Assembly: GCA_951406725.2 (NCBI GenBank)
Contig: OX597823.1
Location: 94,612,001-94,676,000, forward strand
Direction: 5' to 3'
Origin: Octopus vulgaris
Taxonomy: Eukaryota
DNA: 64,000 nucleotides
In this document: piece after piece, positions 13,144 through 26,504 of the stretch
How the letters are laid out: every line of letters starts with the position of its first letter
Position numbering within the stretch: the stretch's first letter is position 1
The notes under the pieces: generated by a model
Database searches by the model: none
Seen by the model: the letters and a program-made list of their open reading frames with translations, nothing else
What the model was told of the DNA's origin: nothing
Translations under genes and position numbers: made by a program

Positions 13144-14297
13144 TCTCTCTCTATATAAACGGCAGTTTGTCTGTCTGTATGTCTGTCAGGTTGTACCCTC
13201 ACCCTGACCACGGCTTTCAACCAATTCTGATGGAACTTGACACACACATAGCCCAATGTCATAATTCAAAACTAATGCAGCGAAAATTTTGAAAAGTTCC
13301 CCCAGTTCTGAAAAAATCGATAAATTCGACATGGGGTCGAGAATCTAAGCTTTTTATATGCAACACATTTTCTGTTGTAGTTTTCGCAACTTGCAATCGA
13401 TTTTCACCAAACTCATGGTGAAGCTTAATGTTACCCTAAGAAACTTAATTCTGACGTTAGTTTTCCATGCAATACCTTACCATCAGAAAAAAATCGATAA
13501 AATCATGCATTTTGGGAAATCGCGTTCAAATTCAAGATGACATATTTTCGACAATATCTTTCACAAATTGGCAGGAATTTTTTTTTAAATTCACAGCGAG
13601 CATCATGTCTGCTCCAAGGAGCTATATGGCCCTTTTTATTCCAATAGGATACTTTATTACTGGAAAAAATCGGTTAATTAAATCATATGTGGCACACATA
13701 GCAAACCGATTTGTGTATTAAACACAAACCACAGACTGTCTAGGGGACGCAACTCGACCTTTTTAACTCTCGGAACACGTGGGGTAAGTATCCCAAAATG
13801 TATAAAAATGTACAAAAACGGCAAAAAAGCGGGCAGCAATGTGAGTGACAACAACAAAAAAGTCAAAAGTGACCAAACTGAACAAACGAATGGAAAAGGT
13901 TTTTTGGTGCACACGACAAAAGCGGTTTATAATAAACCAAGAGTTTGCAAGTAGCGTCCGATGACCCTTAGGGTACGTCAAAAATTTAAGGTAAAACGTT
14001 TGGGGTGGTAGTTATAAAGAAAGTTTAAACAAAAAAGTATTCGAATAACTTGCGGCTGCAGCAGCTATTAGCAGAAGTTGTGGTGTCGGGGGTAAAGTCT
14101 CGAATGTAATTTCTTCCTGGTAGGAATTGGTTGGGTTGAATTATCGATAGCTGTTTGATAGTTATTTGGGAATGAAGAGAAGACATTGCAACCTACACAT
14201 GCGCCTTCATTCCCTAGAGAGAAAGGACTAGATTGGGATTAGTCGTTGCCTACTAGGGGCTCTTACATACCCAGGCAACGCCGGGCTATGCTGCTAG
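13144..14297 (+). mobile_element. Non-autonomous Helitron
   Basis: A|TC 5' end (TCTCTCTCTATATAAACGG), 3' hairpin CCCAGGCAACGCCGGG then CTAG|T; 5' region shared with 48865-49247. Confidence 0.8.
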
Positions 14298-15296
14298 TAA
14301 AACATACAACTCAAAGAGATATCCGAAGAAGGAATTTTTATTCCGAGATGATTAAATTACAACAGTTCTTATAGTCCATTGTTTATATTATAGTGCAGTG
14401 TTGTGCCATTCAAAATATTTTATTCTTTACAACTCAAAAATTTAAAACAAAGGCAACATTGAAAAGCATTTTGAATTCAGAAGAATTTTTTGAAAAATCG
14501 TAAATCTGCAAGATTTTTAGACATAAATCTAACAAAAAAAAAATGATTGAAAAAATCCCAAAATGCAAAGATGTCCTTTGATCTTAACTCTTATGGATTA
14601 ATTCTTCATCACTACACCTGGTTACCTCTTTGTCCAGATTTTAGACATCAGTGGCATCAGTTTCACTAGTTCCAAAAGTGTTTGTGTGTGTGTGCTTATA
14701 TATATGTATATAATAAAGCGGCGAGCTGGCAGACACGTTAGCACGCCGGGCGAAATGCGTAGCTGTATTTCATCTGCCGTTACGTTCTGAGTTCAAATTC
14801 TGCTGAGGTCGACTTTGCCTTTCATCCTTTCGGGGTCGATAAATTAAGTACCAGTTACACACTGGGGTCGATGTAAACGACTTAATTCGTTTGTCTGTCC
14901 TTGTTTGTCTCCTCTGTGTTTAGCCCCTTGTGGGTAGTAAAGAAATATATATGTATGTATATATGTGTAAATAAATATATATATATATATACACATATAT
15001 AAATATATAAGTGTAAATAAATATATATGTATATATATATATATATATGTATGTAAATAAATACACAATGAGTTCATTATCATATATGTATATATGTGTG
15101 TAATGTATATGAATTTGGTTTTTGTTAGGTTTTATTTCCCAGTTGCTTCTAAAACTATTAATTTCAGATTTCATCTTCTATTTTGCAGGTAACTCTTTTA
15201 TTGAGCAAAAACAAAAACCAACAAGCACAATAAACCACATTTAATACTCAAAGAAAGGATCCCCCCACACCCCCTTCCCCACAGTCTGCTGTTAAG

Positions 15297-15525
15297 ATGA
15301 GTTCACGGAGATTCAGAATGTCACACAGCAGCAAGGTTGACCTTTTCTTGGCTGACACTTTAGCTACCGTTTCTTTCACCGGAGGTCTCATAATATTCTT
15401 GATCTCAATAAGTACATCATCCTGGGTTGTTTTGGACGGAGGAGCTTACATTGGTGTCTGGAACCTATGTTTGGTTGTCAAAGGAAGCGATGAAATGGAT
15501 TGTTCATCTTACCATAATAATCCAG
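15297..15525 (+). CDS. PMP22/EMP/MP20/claudin-superfamily protein, coding exon 1
   Basis: MSSRRF...TM1...W-VVLDGGAYI-GVW-NL-C-LVVKGSDEMD-C claudin ECL1 signature. Donor G|GTGAGT at 15525/15526 (phase 1); candidate acceptors upstream end at 15188 and 15284. Confidence 0.9.
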
Positions 15526-16424
15526 GTGAGTTCTTCATACTTTCAACATCTTGACCTCCACAGTTTTAAAGGCGGCGAGCTGGCAGAAACGTTAGCACGC
15601 CGGGTGAAATGCGTAGCTGTATTTCGTCTGCCGTTACGTTCTGGGTTCAAATTCCGCCGAGGTCGACTTTGCCTTTCACCCTTTCATGGTCGATAAATTA
15701 AGTACCAGTTTCACACTGGGGTCAATGTAATCGACTTAATCCCTTTGTCTGTCCTTGTTTGTCCTCTCTGTATTTAGCCCCTTTTGGTGGGTAGTAAAGA
15801 AATATATCTTTTCAGTCAATGCAAAGATCATGCAGTCTTGGGTTCAGTTCCACTGTGTATCACCACGGGCAAGCCAGCCAAATCTTTGTGAGTGGATTTG
15901 GTAGATGGAAACTGTAAGAAACCTCTGTGTGTTTTGTGTGTGCGTGTGTTTCTTTCTTTCTTTTGACATTGTATAATATTTGTAAATGATTGTCGCTGTC
16001 ATATGAGCAGTTGTCATTCATTCCCAATCTTCTGTGAAAGCATGTCTGGCCCTTGGGGAAATATTATTTGGAGACAGGTAAGGATTAGCAACAGGAAGAG
16101 CATCCAACTGAAAAATAATCTGCTTCTTTAAACTCCAAACCAAGCAAACATTGAAAAGTAGACATGAAAACAGTGGTAATGATAATGGTGGTGGCGGCGG
16201 CGGCGTAAATCCTTTGATGTAACAGCAATTAAAATTTACTTGGAGCAATTTAGAGGGAGTAAAAACACAGTCAGATATTTCACTGTGTAGGTCAGTGGCC
16301 CTCAACCAGGGTCCATATAAGATTTTGTTCTTCAAGTTTATGTTCAATAAATTTGTTTTATTTCTACAGTTCACAAAATATTTAAAGAACTTTTCTTTAT
16401 ACAATTCTTAATAATATTTAATTA

Positions 16425-16920
16425 CAGTTCTATATTCAAGAGATGAGGAATTATTTACATTTGACGGATATTTGTCCTCATCTTGTTTGTTGTTAACACA
16501 ACGTTTCAGCTGATATACCCTCCAGCCTTCATCAGGTGTCTTAGGGAAATTTTGAACCTGCATTCTCATTCCTAAGGTATTTTTTCCGAGTTCAATTCCA
16601 GACAGTGACCTGAATAATTATAATAATAATAGTAATTTTACCTGTAAATTTGCGTGTGTAATCTGGGAATGCATACAATGAGCTTCTCTGCCCTAGGTGT
16701 ACGGAAAACACTCAGCGAGAAACGGAAAAAAATTTGAAGAAAGAAGGAAAAATAATAATAATAATAACAATAATAATAACATCAAAGAAGACCTTAGGAA
16801 TGAGAACCCAGGTTCGAAATTTCCCCAAGACACTTGATGAAGGCTGGAGGGTATATCAGCCAAAATGTTAACAACAAACAAGATGAGGACAAATATCCGT
16901 CAAATGTAAATAATGTAAGC
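16425..16920. mobile_element. Penelope-style hammerhead element, locus A (inverted tail + truncated tRNA head + tail)
   Basis: Inverted tail 16425-16585, head remnant GAGTTCAATTCCAGACAGTGACC, (AAT)n, forward tail 16778-16916. 9-bp TSD ATTTAATTA at 16416-16424 and 16921-16929; sits inside a hAT MITE. Confidence 0.8.
16496..16539 (-). ncRNA. Minimal type I hammerhead ribozyme motif (intact core)
   Basis: ACAC-CUGAUGA-A-GGCUG(GAGGGUAUAU)CAGCU-GAAA-CG-UU-GUGU: stem I ACAC/GUGU, stem II, palindromic ACGU stem III, GUU cleavage triplet. Confidence 0.75.
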
Positions 16921-19431
16921 ATTTAATTATAAAAATGTAATTGGATTTTTTAAACATCAACAGGTTATGAGGGTCCACCTGAGTAAAATAGGAATCAAAG
17001 CAGTCCTTTGGGGGAAAATGCATGTGACTAGGGACCACGTGTGAGCTTGTATTCCCCACTGAAAGTCTGAACATGAAGTCTACACTTCAACAACAAATGA
17101 GAGCTGTGTCCCCTGAAATTGCTGGCCTTGTGCCAAAATTTCAAATCAATATTTGTGATATTGATGATTGAACACCCACATGATCTTAACCTGTTCATGC
17201 TGATCATTTAAACTAACCCTAATTTATAAAGGTATAAAACAAATACTTGACACAAATAGTGGTTTGTGTATGATCTGTGTCAAAGGATGAAACATGTTCT
17301 TATCGTGTATGCAGTCTGCATTAAATGGATTTCAATGAAATTTTTTTGGTCAAAATAATAGTATCTGTGGATTTTCAGGCAATTTCATTTGTGAGAAAAA
17401 TTTCGGCATGAATGGGTTAATCAACAGACAGTTGTTTATTTTCCAATGTTTCTGGCATTAAAATCTCATTTTCTCTTGACAGTTTTTCAAATAAATCCAT
17501 TCGCTCCTCATTCTAGATAAGCCTCATGGTTTTAACTACAAGGCTTACTTTTATAGCAAATTTATTTAAACTTCTAACATACAACTCAATGTATCTATTT
17601 ATTTGAAACACACTGGCCTAGACCTCACCATCGTTGTTTTAATGTCGACTTTTCCATGGGCTGGATGGTGTTCAATGAGACAAATTTTTCAATGGTTGGG
17701 TGCCCTTTTCTTGTTGCCAACCTTTACCTGTTTCCAAACAAGGGAACAGTTCATCATTTCCAGATGTTTTTCTAGAAGATTGGTGATGAATGACCAATCA
17801 CATGATGTCAAGACAAGGAGACACAAATATACATACATTCATGTGTATCATTATCATTATTATTTAACCCCTGTTTGCCATGCTGACATGGATCAGATGG
17901 TTTGACAAGAGCTGGCAAGCCAGAGGACTGCACTAGGCTCCAACTGTCTGTTTCAGCATCGTCTCTACAGCTGGATGCCCTTCCCTTATGTGTGTATACA
18001 TATTTTTCTTCTTAATTGTTTGTCATTTGATTGCGGCCATGATGGAGCACCACCCTAAAGGGTGTTAATTGAAGGAATGGACCTCAGAACTTTTTCTTTG
18101 TAAGTCTAGTTCTCATTCTATCAGTCTCTTTTGCCGAACCACCAAGTTATGGGGACATAAACCAACATCAGTTGTCAAGTGATGGTGGGGGGCAAATACT
18201 CTGAGTTCAAATTCTACCAAGATCAATTTTGCTTTTCATCCTTTCAAGGTCAATAAAATGACTACCAGTTGCATACTGGGGATCGATTCATTCAACTCCC
18301 CCCTCCCCACTAAATTTGCTGGTCTTCTGCTAAAACAAAAATTTGGGCAGCTATTTTGGGGGCTGAAGTATTTCCTGATTGTAAAGGGCAAAATCCGTCT
18401 TTGGGTTGCAGGAATGTTTAGTTATCTTTTCTTTGTTTCAGTCATCAGACTGCGGCCAAGCTGGGGCACTGCCTTGAGGAATTTTTAGTTGAATGAATCA
18501 ACCCTGGTACATTTTTTTTTAAACCTGGTACTTATTCCATTGGCCCCTTTTGCTGAACTGCTAAGCTACAGGGACGCAGACACACCAACACCAGTTGTCA
18601 AGCAGTGGTGGGGAGACAGAGGCACACACACACACAAAGGCTTCTTTCAATTTCTGTAACTCAACTGAAGATAGAAAGCTCCAAATGACCCGTCCTTGTT
18701 TTCTCTTGTCTTTCTTTGTATTGTCTAAAAGTCTGGATGTTTTGTTGTCACTTGTTACGTTTTTGTTCCATTTTTTGTTTTGTTTTAGATATATATATAT
18801 ATATATATATACACGCACACACACACATAAACACATATATATATTTCTTTACTACCCACAAGGGGCTAAACATAGAGGGGACAAACAAGGACAGACAAAG
18901 GGATTAAGTCGATTACACCGACTCCCGTGTGTAACTGGTACTTAATTTATCCACCCCGAAAAGATGAAAGGCAAAGTTGACCTTGGCGGAATTTGAACTC
19001 AAAACGTAGCGTCAGACAAAAAGCCGCTAAGCATTTCACCTGGCGTGCTAACGTTTCTGCCAGCTCACTGCCTTAATTCAATATCTTTCAACTAAAACCA
19101 CTCACAAGGCTTTGGCCGGCCCAAAGCTATAGTAGCAGACATTTGCCCAAGGTGCCGTGCAATGGGACTGAACCTGGAACCATGGAGTTGGGAAGCAGGC
19201 TTCTTACCACACAGCCACTCCTACACCTAGAGTTTTTTTTTTCTTTTGCTATGCTGTGTGATTTCCAGGGCAGATTACAGGGTAGCTGACAAGGTGTGAC
19301 ATTTGCAGCAAGTGTTAACATTTTATTTGCCTATTCTCCATGGCTGAGCAGTATAAAATGCATTGAAAGCTCATAATTAATGTTCCAGACATGTTGTTTC
19401 AGAAATCCTTGATATGGCAATGATAATGTGT

Positions 19432-19498
19432 TCACAGTAATGAGCAGATCAATAAGATATTTATCACAGTGATGAGCAGATCAATAAGATATTTATCA
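19432..19498 (+). repeat. 32-bp tandem duplication
   Basis: TCACAGTRATGAGCAGATCAATAAGATATTTA x2. Confidence 0.85.
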
Positions 19499-20374
19499 CT
19501 GTAGCAAATAATCACCATCAATGAAATTCACAATTTAATCATAGAATAGAATCACTTTTTTCTGTGCTTTAATAGCTTCTAAATTGATATTTATAATTAT
19601 TGAACTGTCAGCATCAACGGTTGAATAATTTCTGAAGGTCATAACTTGTCTGGATCCTTAATTAAATAATAATAATAATAATAATATTAACATTAGCATG
19701 CCAGGTGAAATGCTTAGTGGTATTTCGTCTGCCGCTACGTTCTGAGTTCAAATTCCGCCGAGGTCGACTTTGCCTTTCATCCTTTCAGGATCAATTAAAT
19801 AAGTACCAGTTACGCACTGGGGTCGATATAATTGACTTAATCCATTTGTCTGTCCTTGTTTGTCCTCTCTGTGTTTAGCCCCTTGTGGGTAGTAAAGAAA
19901 TAGGTATTTCGCCTGTCTTTACGTTCTGAGTTCAAATTCCGCCAAGGTCGACTTTGCCTTTTATCCTTTCGGGGTCGATAAATTAAGTACCAGTTACGCA
20001 CTGGGGTCGATATAATCAACTTAATCCCTTTGTCTGTTCTTGTTTGGCCCCTTGTGGGCAATAAAGAAATAATAATAATAATAATAATAATAATATTGAT
20101 TCTTTTGACAGTTATTTTTTTTTATGTATATATATATATATAAACTGTCCTTTGAAAGAGGGCAGTTTATATATACATATATTGTGCCGGTGCCAATTGA
20201 AAAGCACCCAGTACACTTTGTAAAGTGGTTGGCATTAGGATGAGCTTCCAGCTGTAGAAACTTTGCCAAAACAGACACTGGAACCCAGTGCAGCTCTCTG
20301 CCAACCTCTGTCAAATCATCCAACTCATGCCAACAAGAAAAACAGACCTGAAATGAAGTTGAGGATGATTCATA

Positions 20375-20578
20375 TACTCTCTTTTCCTTGTTTCAGTCAT
20401 TTGACTGTGGCTATGCTGGAGCACCGCCTTTAGTCAAGCAAATTGACCCAAGACTTATCCTTTGTAAGCCTAGTACTTATTCTATCAGTCTCTTTTGCCG
20501 AACCACTAAGCTACAGGAGACATAAACACACCAGCATCGGTTGTCAAGTGTTATTGGGGGGACAAACATAGACACACA

Positions 20579-20671
<93 letters not shown>

Positions 20672-20825
20672 GACGGGCTTCTTTCAGTTTCCATCTACCA
20701 AATCTACTCACAAGGCTTTGGTTGGCCTGAGGCTATAGTAGAAGACACTTGCCCATGGTGCCACGCAGTGGGACTGAACCCGGAACCATGTGATTGGTAA
20801 GCAAGCTACTTACCATACAGCCACA
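20375..20825 (-). mobile_element. tRNA-derived SINE family B (GGCGCAGGAGTGGCTGTGTGGTAAG head, internal (TA)n/(TG)n, GAGTAAAA tail)
   Basis: Full or partial copies at 1668-1822, 2020-2180, 19083-19225, 24206-24610, 27400-27695, 28273-28620, 38312-38696, 42368-42745 and 55800-55950. Confidence 0.85.
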
Positions 20826-22433
20826 GGCCTGTGGAACTTGAACTAGCATGGAACCAAATCTGTTTTAAATAATATATGTATCCCCTACTAAATGTGTTGA
20901 GTGCCCTTTTCTTGCTTTTGTTCACTCACTCATATCATCATCATCGTTTAACATCTGCTTTCCTTGCTGGCATGGGTTGGAAAGTTTGACTGAAAACTGG
21001 CAGGCCTGGAGGCTGCACCAAGCTCGATCTGATTTGACAAGGTTTCTACAGCTGGGTGCCCTTCCTAATGCCAACCACTCCGAAAGTGTAGTGGGTGCTT
21101 TTTACATGCCAGCACCATGGGTGCCAGTCAGGCAACACACACACACATCTATCTATATATGTTTGTGTGTGTGTGTTAGAGATTACAGACAGCTGGTAGG
21201 AATTGAGTCAAATATAACTGAATTACTGGAACTCACCTTAGCAATGTCAATAGGAATAAAAGTCTGAGTTCAGCAGAATGTGGAATCATCATCATCATCA
21301 TCATCACAATGTCCACTTCTCTATGCTTCCACGAGTCAGATAGAATTTGTTGAGGAAGAATTTTTGTGGACCAGATGCCCTTCACGTTGTTGCCAGCCCT
21401 CACATATTTCCAAGCAAGGCCAGACATATTTTCCATGAAAGACTGGAAAAGAACAAGACTGCTTGTATGACACTGTTGCTCATTTGTGACCCATCACATG
21501 ATGTCAAGACAAGGGTAGACCCAGACACACATGCACACATACAGCAGGCTTCTTTCAGTTTCTATCGATCAAAATTCATTCACAAGGCATTGGTCTGCCT
21601 GAGGTTATAGTAGAAGACACCTGCCCAAGATGCTTCAGAGTGGGATTGAACCCTGGACCATGTAGTTGGGAAACAAACTTGTTAACCTCCACAGCCTGCA
21701 TCCCTGCCACTTCTGTATCTGTTGAACTCATAATTCTTAGAAATGAAAGGAAATACCAATTTCACACATTGACAAAACATTACAGATTTTTATTAAGGGT
21801 GGAATGTGGGGTATTGTCAGGGGCATCAACCATCTCCCAGCCACCCCGTTCCCAACACATAACTGGTTCTTTATTAGCAGTCCAGGATTGTGAGTGACGT
21901 ACAGAGTAAAGCCTTCAACCATTCTCAATGTGAGTGTAAGTGAGATGAAGAACGCACCATTCAATTGTTCCACAGGTGTTTGAAGTGTGAAAGAGGTGAA
22001 GAAATTTCGGTGGGGGAAAAAAAAAAAATGGTGTAAGAACTGGAATTGGTGAGAAGCTTTTAAGAAGTGTGAAATTCCAAATTCCCTTGATAGGAAATGC
22101 ATTGTTTAAAAACAGCAAAACCAGCACTAGTAACGATAAGATTTGTGATGTTCATAACGATGACGATGAGAAATTTTCAGCTTTGAAGATGATTAAAGTT
22201 TACGTTTCCTCACAACTGATGCTATTTTTTTCTCAAACTTATTGTTTTTGCTTAGAATCAACTTCATTGAAAACCTTTTCTCTTAAAATGGATTCTTCTA
22301 TTGTTAAACTGCTTTCCCTTCCTTTTGTGATATTTTATCACCATATTCATTGTTTGGTGTGAGATTTCCATGGAAATTATTGTTTCTTTCTGATTTACCG
22401 ATACCTTCATCTCATCTGGTGCAGGTTTCCTTT

Positions 22434-22498
<65 letters not shown>

Positions 22499-23474
22499 TC
22501 TCTGCCACAGTCTCAGCTGTTTTGCTTTTCTCCTGCAAATTCAACCAGTTAATCCCAGGAATAAAAAGATTTTCCCAAATATCCAACTTACAGGTTTTAT
22601 CTCTTCTTTTATCTTTTACTCATTTCTGCCTTTCGACTGTGGCCATGCTGGGGCACTGCCTTGAATGAGTCCAGTTAAAGGAATTGACCCTGCTACTTCT
22701 GCTTTGTTTTTAAGCCTGACACTTATTCTATTGGTCTCTTTTGTCAAACTGCTAAGTTACAGAGACATAAAATACCACCACCACTTGTCAAGTGGTGGTG
22801 GCCAACAAACACACACAAAGACACAAAGATGATAAGGTGGCGAGCTGGCAGAAACGTTAGCACACAGGGCGAAATGCTTAGCAGTATTTCGTTTGCCATT
22901 ACGTTCTGAGTTCAAATTCCGCCGAGGTCAACTTTGCCTTTCATTCTTTCGGGACTGATTAAATAAGTACCAGTTATGCACTGGGAGTAGATGTAATCGA
23001 CTTAATCCATTTGTCTGTCCTTGTTTGTCCCCTCTATGTTTAGTCCCTTGTGGGCCATAAAGAAATGAATATTTGTGGTAGACAGACATAATGTCAAGTA
23101 AAATGACCGAACTTGACTTTTATTTTTCTAAATATTATTTTTGAAAACCAACGTTTAATCGAGAACAACTGAAATCGAAACGACTTAAGCCGAGGTATGC
23201 CAGTATTGTTTTTTACTTTTGTGTCAGCAATGCTAACAATAATTTGCTGTGCTGGCTCTGAATTCTGTAGAAAATCTATAAACTTAAAGTCTTCTATTTT
23301 GCTGTGCAATTTTTTTCCTATTTTTATCTAAATTCTGTTAGGACAACAGCAGATACCAAGAATAGCAGCAGCCATTAGAAAAGAAAGACATTGACTAAAA
23401 ATATTTCAATGGAAAACCTTGACATTAATATTTTCTTCCTTTTTCTTCCATTTTTTTTTTTCTCTCTTTTCCAG

Positions 23475-23621
23475 ATTTTGCTCGAGCTTCCCAAGGTTTC
23501 TTTGTGGTGGCTCTCGTCTGTCAGCTGGCCTGTCTGATAACCCTCATCTGCTACACAGCCATTTCTCATGCTAACAAAATCATCACAGTCATTTGTCTCT
23601 GCCTCATTGCATTCTCTGCTG
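23475..23621 (+). CDS. PMP22/EMP/claudin-superfamily protein, coding exon 2
   Basis: Polypyrimidine tract + CCAG| acceptor; 147 nt, phase 1 to phase 1; encodes DFARASQGFFVVALVCQLACLITLICYTAISHANKIITVICLCLIAFSA (TM2 and start of TM3); donor G|GTAAGT. Absent from the ORF track. Confidence 0.9.
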
Positions 23622-24345
23622 GTAAGTACCATCCTCTCAGTGACGGCTCTGCTGTTTATGGTGATTGGGTTGTGTAACACAATGCCTAATGTTTGCTCAA
23701 TGGGGTTAAGCTTTTGACATAAGTGTGACCTCACACTCACCAAAGGGAGTTCGTTTAAGGTAATTTTTTTTACCTTTTATCTTTAACTTGTTTCAATCAT
23801 TGGGCTCTGGCCATGCTGGGGCTCTGCCTTGAGGGGTGGATTTTGTCAAGCAAATCCACGGAGAAGTAAACAAATCAACATTCGTTGTCAGGAAAAGGTG
23901 GAGACCAAACTCAGTCACATGCATGGATGGATGGATGGACAAACGGACAGACAAATAGACAAACGGATAGATGGATAGACAAATGGACAGACGGATGGAC
24001 ATGATGTGATGTGACGTGGCAGGTTTCTTTCATTTTCTCTCTACCTAATCCACTCAGAAGTTTTTCCGTTTTACTGTTGTGTCCCACCTATAAGCCCTGG
24101 GCCCACAAATGCATTGGGAGTGAATTTGGAAGATGGAAACTGTGCAGAAACCTGTTTCGTGGGTGTGTGTCTCCCTCTCTTTATGCATTTGCACTCCTAC
24201 CGTTTGACGACTAGTGCTTCCCAACCACATGGTTTGGGGTTCAGTCCCACTGTGTGGCACCTTGGGTAAGTGTCTTCTACTATGGCCTCAAGCCAACCAT
24301 AAGCCTTGTCAGTGGATTTGGTAGAGGGTAACTGAAAGAAGGCTG

Positions 24346-24380
<35 letters not shown>

Positions 24381-25424
24381 TGTGTGTGTGTGTCTTTGTT
24401 TCTGTGTTTGTCCCCCACCATTGCTTGATAACCATTGTTAGTTTGTTTGTGTCCCAATAACTTAGCAGTTCAGTAAAAGAAACTGATGAAATAAGTACCA
24501 TGCTTTTAAAAAACAATGAGCACTAGAGTCAATTCATTTGATTAAAATTCCTCAAGGTGGTGCCCCAGCATGGCCACAGCCCAACAACTGAAGCAAGGGA
24601 AAGATAAAAGATAAGTATTATTGTTCATTTCCAATTTTGTTTTAAAACATGACCATCCCTGGGGAAATATTCCATTGCTTGGGAGCAGGTGAGGGTTGGT
24701 CTCAGGAAGAGCGTCCAGCTGTGGAACAAATAAGTCAACAAATTCCCATCTGACCCATGCAAGCATGGAGAAGGGGACATGAAAACAATAATGATGAAAA
24801 GAGAGCTTATTGGCAGTTGCTCAGCCTGCTAGAAATAACAGTCAGGGAAGGACACATCATCCTCATCATCATCATTTAACATCCATTTTCCATGCTGACA
24901 TGGGTTGGACTGTTCATCTGGGGTCTGGGAAGCCAGGAGGCTGCATCAGGCTCCAATCTGATCTGGGTGTGTTTCTACAGCTGGATGCCCTTCCTAACGC
25001 CAACCACTCTGTGAGTGTAATGGGTGCTTTTATACGTACCACTGGCACAGGGGCCAGAGGGGGCTAGCATCAACCCAGATACCCCATCCGCTCCCCCCAA
25101 CAAAAACGGGATGGTCATGGTTATATTGTATTTAGTCTGCCTCATTAAGTTTGACTGGAGCTAAGTAACATTCTCATCATTATCATCATCATAAAAGATG
25201 AGCCTACCTCTATGTGGTCATTCTGCATGGTAGAAATAGCAGCTGAGTTTTTCTTAAATCCTCTACCATCTTACAAAGTAGGGATACAAGAGATAATGAA
25301 GTCATCATGGATAATGTATGAGAGAAATATCGGGATAAAGATGACAGGAACAACTTTAATCATAAGTCTTTAATCATAAGTCTTCTTGACCAATCAGAGC
25401 TGACCTGGGAACTTAGCTACAACT

Positions 25425-26140
25425 AATAATAATAATAATAATAATCTTTCTACTATAGGCACAAGGCCTGAAATTTGGTGGTAGGGGTCTAGTCAATTAC
25501 ATTGACCCAGTGCATAACTGGTACTTGGTTTATCGACTATGAAAGGATGAAAGACAAAGTTGACCTCAGCGAAATTTGAACTCAGAATGTGGAGACAGAC
25601 GAAATGCCGGTCAGCATTTCACATGTCATGCTAACCATTCTGCCAGCTGGCCACCTTAATAATAATAATAATAATTTCTACTCTAGGCACAAGGCTGGAA
25701 ATTTTTGGGGAGGGGGCCAGTCAATTAGATCGACCCCAGTACAGAACTGGTACTTAATTTATTGACCCCGAAAGGATGAAAGGCAAAGTTGACCTCGGCA
25801 GAATTTGAACTCAGGAAGTGATGGTAGACGAAATACCGCTAAGCATTTCACCCAGTGTGCTAATGTTTCTGCCAGCTCACCACCTTAATAATAGTAATAA
25901 CAACAACAATAATAATGATGATGATTTCAAATTTTAGCACAAGGCCAGCAATTATGAGAGGTGGGGTAAGTTGATTACATCAACCTCAATATTCAACTGG
26001 TCCTTATTTTATTAACCCCAAAAGTACGAAAGGCAAAGTCGACCTTGGTGGAATTTGAACTCAGAAATGTAAAGACAGACAAAATGCCACTTAGCATTTT
26101 GACCAGCATGCTAACAATTCTGCCAGCTCACCTCCTTAAT
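25425..26140 (-). repeat. Head-to-tail array of three family-A-type SINEs separated by (AAT)n
   Basis: Copies at ~25445-25657, 25675-25886 and 25925-26136; similar arrays at 5230-5660, 29900-30650 and 32770-33225. Confidence 0.8.
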
Positions 26141-26164
26141 AATAATAATTATTATTCTTAATAT

Positions 26165-26466
26165 TATCATTGCCTTTGCACAGCTTCTAACACTTGAGAT
26201 ATACTACAGTGTCAGCTGTTCACTACCAATGAACTAAGGTAACACCCCTTATTTTTTGAGCACCATCCAGAGTATTCGAACGGTTCCAAGCAGTGCTGTT
26301 TTCTGCAAGTGCTCCACCTTTATTGCAGCCCCTATTTGTTCCACGTACCTCTCAAGATTTTTGCTCACTGTTCCCAGGACTCCCACAATTATTGGTATTA
26401 CTACCACCTTTTTCATCGACCATAACTGCTTAACTTCTCAAGCTAACCTGTCATATCTATCAACTC

Positions 26467-26467
<1 letters not shown>
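26165..26467 (-). pseudogene. R4/Dong-clade (RLE) non-LTR retrotransposon 3' end
   Basis: Minus translation RVDRYDRLA*EVKQLWSMKKVVVIPIIVGVLGTVSKNLERYVEQIGAAIKVEHLQKTALLGTVRIL resembles the R4/Dong C-terminus; flanked by TAA repeats. Confidence 0.8.

Positions 26468-26504
<37 letters not shown>

Noticed and set aside
18660-18700. CTGAAGA as a hammerhead core (also 54241 and CTGATGA at 63774)
   Set aside because: No stem II followed by GAAA and no closing stem I.
19469-19500. Box C-like GTGATGA with short inverted repeat (snoRNA?)
   Set aside because: No properly placed CTGA D box; explained by a 32-bp tandem duplication.
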